Shown here in pieces: positions 61,639-64,000 of a DNA stretch of 64,000 nt. Source of the DNA: Promethearchaeota archaeon. Its GTDB lineage: Archaea; Asgardarchaeota; Lokiarchaeia; Sigyniarchaeales; SOKP01. Position numbers and translations under genes: made by a program. A model generated the notes under the pieces. It had not been told where the DNA came from, did not search any database, and saw nothing but the letters and a program-made list of their open reading frames with translations. Position 1 is the first letter of the stretch. Each line of letters opens with the position of its first letter. Location of the stretch: positions 128,001 through 192,000 of the forward strand of contig JBHLOC010000002.1 of the NCBI GenBank assembly GCA_048940925.1, read 5' to 3'.

Positions 61639-62814
61639 ATGGTTAGACATGGAATAAAGGATCAAGTTGCGATTATAGGATGCGATGCTACGAAATATGG
61701 AGAACTCTGGGATAAGAATCAATATGATCTTTTAAGTGAAGCATGTCAAGGTGCTTTCAAAGACGCTGGGGTTAGTAAAGATGAAATAGATGCAGCATGG
61801 TTAGGTGTTTATTATTTCTTCACGGGTGTATCTGGTACAACTTTAGAAGATACTTTGAGATTAGAAGGAAAACCTATTACGAGATGTGAGAATTATTGTG
61901 CTTCAGGTATGGATGCTTTCCGCAATGCCTGTTTTGGGATTGCATCTGGAGCCTATGATGTTGTGATGGCTTGTGGTGTAGAAAAGTTAATGGATGAGGG
62001 AGGCAGAGGCCTTCCAAGCGCAAAATATTTTGGACATCCTGTATATCCTCGTCCATCAGCTCCAGCAATGTTTTGTTTACTTGCTACTCGTTGTTTTAAG
62101 GATTATGGATGGACAAAAGAAGATTTAGCACGAGTCGCTGTCAAGAATCATGAAAATGGATATTATCATCCTAAGGCTCATTTTAGAATGAAAATTTCGA
62201 TTGAACAGGCATTGAATGCTCCAATGATTGCTGATCCTCTGGGTCGTTTTGATTGTTGTGCGATGAGTGATGGAGCAGCAGCTTTAATTTTAACAAGACC
62301 AGAACTTGCCGAAAGTTATACTCATGCTGATAATTATGTAGTTGTGAAATCAAACTCAATAGCTGTATATACAAGCAGTCCATGGTATTGGCCCAATTTT
62401 GATTTTACTCACGCCCCTGCCACCGTTAAAGCAGCACAAATGGCTTACAAAGAGGCAGAAATAACTAATCCGCGAAAAGAAATTGATGCTGCTGAAGTAC
62501 ACGATTGCTTTACAATTACAGAACTATTAAATTGTCAAGATTTGCAATTTTGTGAACGTGGTATGGCAGCTGAAGAATTAAAGAATGGTACTTTTAACTG
62601 GAATGGTGAAACTGCAGTAAATCCTTCTGGAGGTCTAAAATCATTTGGGCATCCAATAGGATCAACAGGTTGTAGAATGATCCAAGAGATTACTAAACAG
62701 CTACAAGGACGAGCAGAAGGAAGACAAGTTCCAGACCCAAAGCTAGGACTAGCCCACAATTTAGGGGGTGCATATTCTGTATGTTCTGTAACTATATTAG
62801 GTCAGAGAGATTAA
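61639..62814 (+). CDS. SCP2-type thiolase, paralogue of 55928
   Basis: ENYCASG, EVHDCF, GHPIG, HNLGG. Confidence 0.92.
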   Translation: MVRHGIKDQVAIIGCDATKYGELWDKNQYDLLSEACQGAFKDAGVSKDEIDAAWLGVYYFFTGVSGTTLEDTLRLEGKPITRCENYCASGMDAFRNACFGIASGAYDVVMACGVEKLMDEGGRGLPSAKYFGHPVYPRPSAPAMFCLLATRCFKDYGWTKEDLARVAVKNHENGYYHPKAHFRMKISIEQALNAPMIADPLGRFDCCAMSDGAAALILTRPELAESYTHADNYVVVKSNSIAVYTSSPWYWPNFDFTHAPATVKAAQMAYKEAEITNPRKEIDAAEVHDCFTITELLNCQDLQFCERGMAAEELKNGTFNWNGETAVNPSGGLKSFGHPIGSTGCRMIQEITKQLQGRAEGRQVPDPKLGLAHNLGGAYSVCSVTILGQRD

Positions 62815-62859
62815 ACATCATAATATCATAAACTGAAAAAAAAAAAAAAATAAAAAAAT

Positions 62860-63270
62860 TTAATCAAATAATTGTCCTACTTTTTCCTGCATTTTTTTAC
62901 TGTATTCTCCAGCTTTAGTTGTCAGTTTGATTAACATAAATATAACAAATGCCACAATGATAAATGTTAATGCATCGCCTATAAATGCCCCAATTCTGAA
63001 AGGTCCAGCAGTTATTGACTCCCAATCAACATCAGCGGGTAAGAATAGCTCTATTATTGGCATTATTAAATTGTCGACTAGAGATTGAATTAATGCACCA
63101 AGATAAATAGCCATAATAAAAGCAACGGCAACACCTATTACTTTATATTTGGCTAAAAATTGTTTGAATTCTTCCAATATACTCTTAGGTTTTGGGGGAG
63201 GTGGTGCAGGTGTAAGAAGCTCACGAATTTTTATTAATTCTTGTAGAACTTCTTCTTCTTCTTTTGACAT
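62860..63270 (-). CDS. mscL: Large-conductance mechanosensitive channel
   Basis: EEFKQFL..VIGVAVAFIM..SLVDNLIMPII..IGAFI..FIIVAFVIF. Confidence 0.88.
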   Translation of the reverse strand: MSKEEEEVLQELIKIRELLTPAPPPPKPKSILEEFKQFLAKYKVIGVAVAFIMAIYLGALIQSLVDNLIMPIIELFLPADVDWESITAGPFRIGAFIGDALTFIIVAFVIFMLIKLTTKAGEYSKKMQEKVGQLFD

Positions 63271-63445
63271 GGTTAATCATTTTTTGTTATATATTAACTC
63301 TAACTAATCTTCTATTATAAAATAAAGTAATTTCAGTACTACTATTAACTATTTAAAATTTTTTTATATTTTTTATAAAATGAAATCAAAACTCTATTGA
63401 AACTAATTCAAAAATTATATAATTTTACATTAATTTTGATTTAAT

Positions 63446-64000
63446 ATGGATACTACATTTAATAAATTCCAAGGAGACGTAAAAACTGAGAGGGTTAAAT
63501 ATCTCGCTGATCCTCAACTACGAAATATAGTTAATGTATCAATAGCTCTGGGAAGACCCTTATTAGTTAAAGGAGAGCCTGGAACAGGAAAAACAATGCT
63601 CGCTCATGCAATAGCAGAAAGTTTAGGTAAAAGGTTGATTATTTGGAATATTAAAAGCACGAGTGAAGCTATTGATGGTTGCTATATGTATGATACAGTT
63701 CAGAGATTAAATGATAGTAGATTTGGATGTGAAGATAGAAACGTTGACAATATTCACGATTATATCATGCTTGGACCATTGGGAGAAGCTTTCGTATCTG
63801 ATGAGCAAGTTGTGTTAATAATTGATGAAATTGATAAAGCAGATATCGAGTTTCCTAACGATCTTTTACAAGAATTAGATGTAATGGAATTTTATATAAA
63901 AGAAACAAAAGAATTTGTGAAGGCTAAGACAAGACCAATTGTAGTAATTACTTCTAATAATGAAAAAGAACTCCCAGATGCATTTTTAAGAAGATGTGTA
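63446..64000 (+). CDS. MoxR/CoxD-like AAA+ ATPase (runs off the right edge)
   Basis: ATG 63446; RPLLVKGEPGTGKT, LIIDEIDKAD..FPNDLL, ITSNNEKELPDAFLRRC. Confidence 0.9.
   Translation, partial: MDTTFNKFQGDVKTERVKYLADPQLRNIVNVSIALGRPLLVKGEPGTGKTMLAHAIAESLGKRLIIWNIKSTSEAIDGCYMYDTVQRLNDSRFGCEDRNVDNIHDYIMLGPLGEAFVSDEQVVLIIDEIDKADIEFPNDLLQELDVMEFYIKETKEFVKAKTRPIVVITSNNEKELPDAFLRRCV

Noticed and set aside
405-62759. Many short ORF-track entries antisense to or nested within long genes (e.g. 405-707, 10541-10906, 14277-14753, 59445-59762)
   Set aside because: They are shadow ORFs of well-supported genes and carry no recognisable motifs.
1-64000. CRISPR arrays, rRNA, tRNA (including tRNA-Sec), transposases
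   Set aside because: None was recognisable by eye. The Sec machinery would have to be encoded outside this window.

Overview
Very AT-rich archaeal DNA, most likely Asgard (Lokiarchaeia-like). This assignment is inferred from a Rag-like small GTPase, a uDENN/longin-like protein, TM-longin fusions, IPGY-type C-terminal sorting tails and a eukaryote-style SECIS. The centrepiece is a ~23 kb electron-bifurcation locus (16.1-39.1 kb) with five hdrA, four mvhD, two hdrD-like and two frhB-like genes. Its first operon is fragmented in the ORF track but reads as a selenoprotein operon. A 647-aa HdrA (16120-18063) has four in-frame TGA codons and a 156-aa MvhD (18067-18537) has two, all at conserved Cys positions. 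They are followed by a single AUGA/GA SECIS-like hairpin whose core overlaps the mvhD stop codon. Other highlights are a ~48-aa gapless domain shared by an FrhB-type oxidoreductase (next to the Rag-like GTPase) and a DENN/longin-like protein, a wHTH module found on both MvhD and FrhB, several genes apparently starting at ATA, and a 16-aa hydrophobic micro-ORF with a strong SD and hairpins. The rest comprises a sulfur-relay/Fe-S cluster (E1, TusA, IscU, IscS, SAMP, DsrE), tyrosine phenol-lyase, a sulfatase, thiolases, a Zn/Mn ABC transporter, MscL, a MoxR ATPase and several pseudogene remnants. All calls come from manual translation and motif recognition; no database searches were run.
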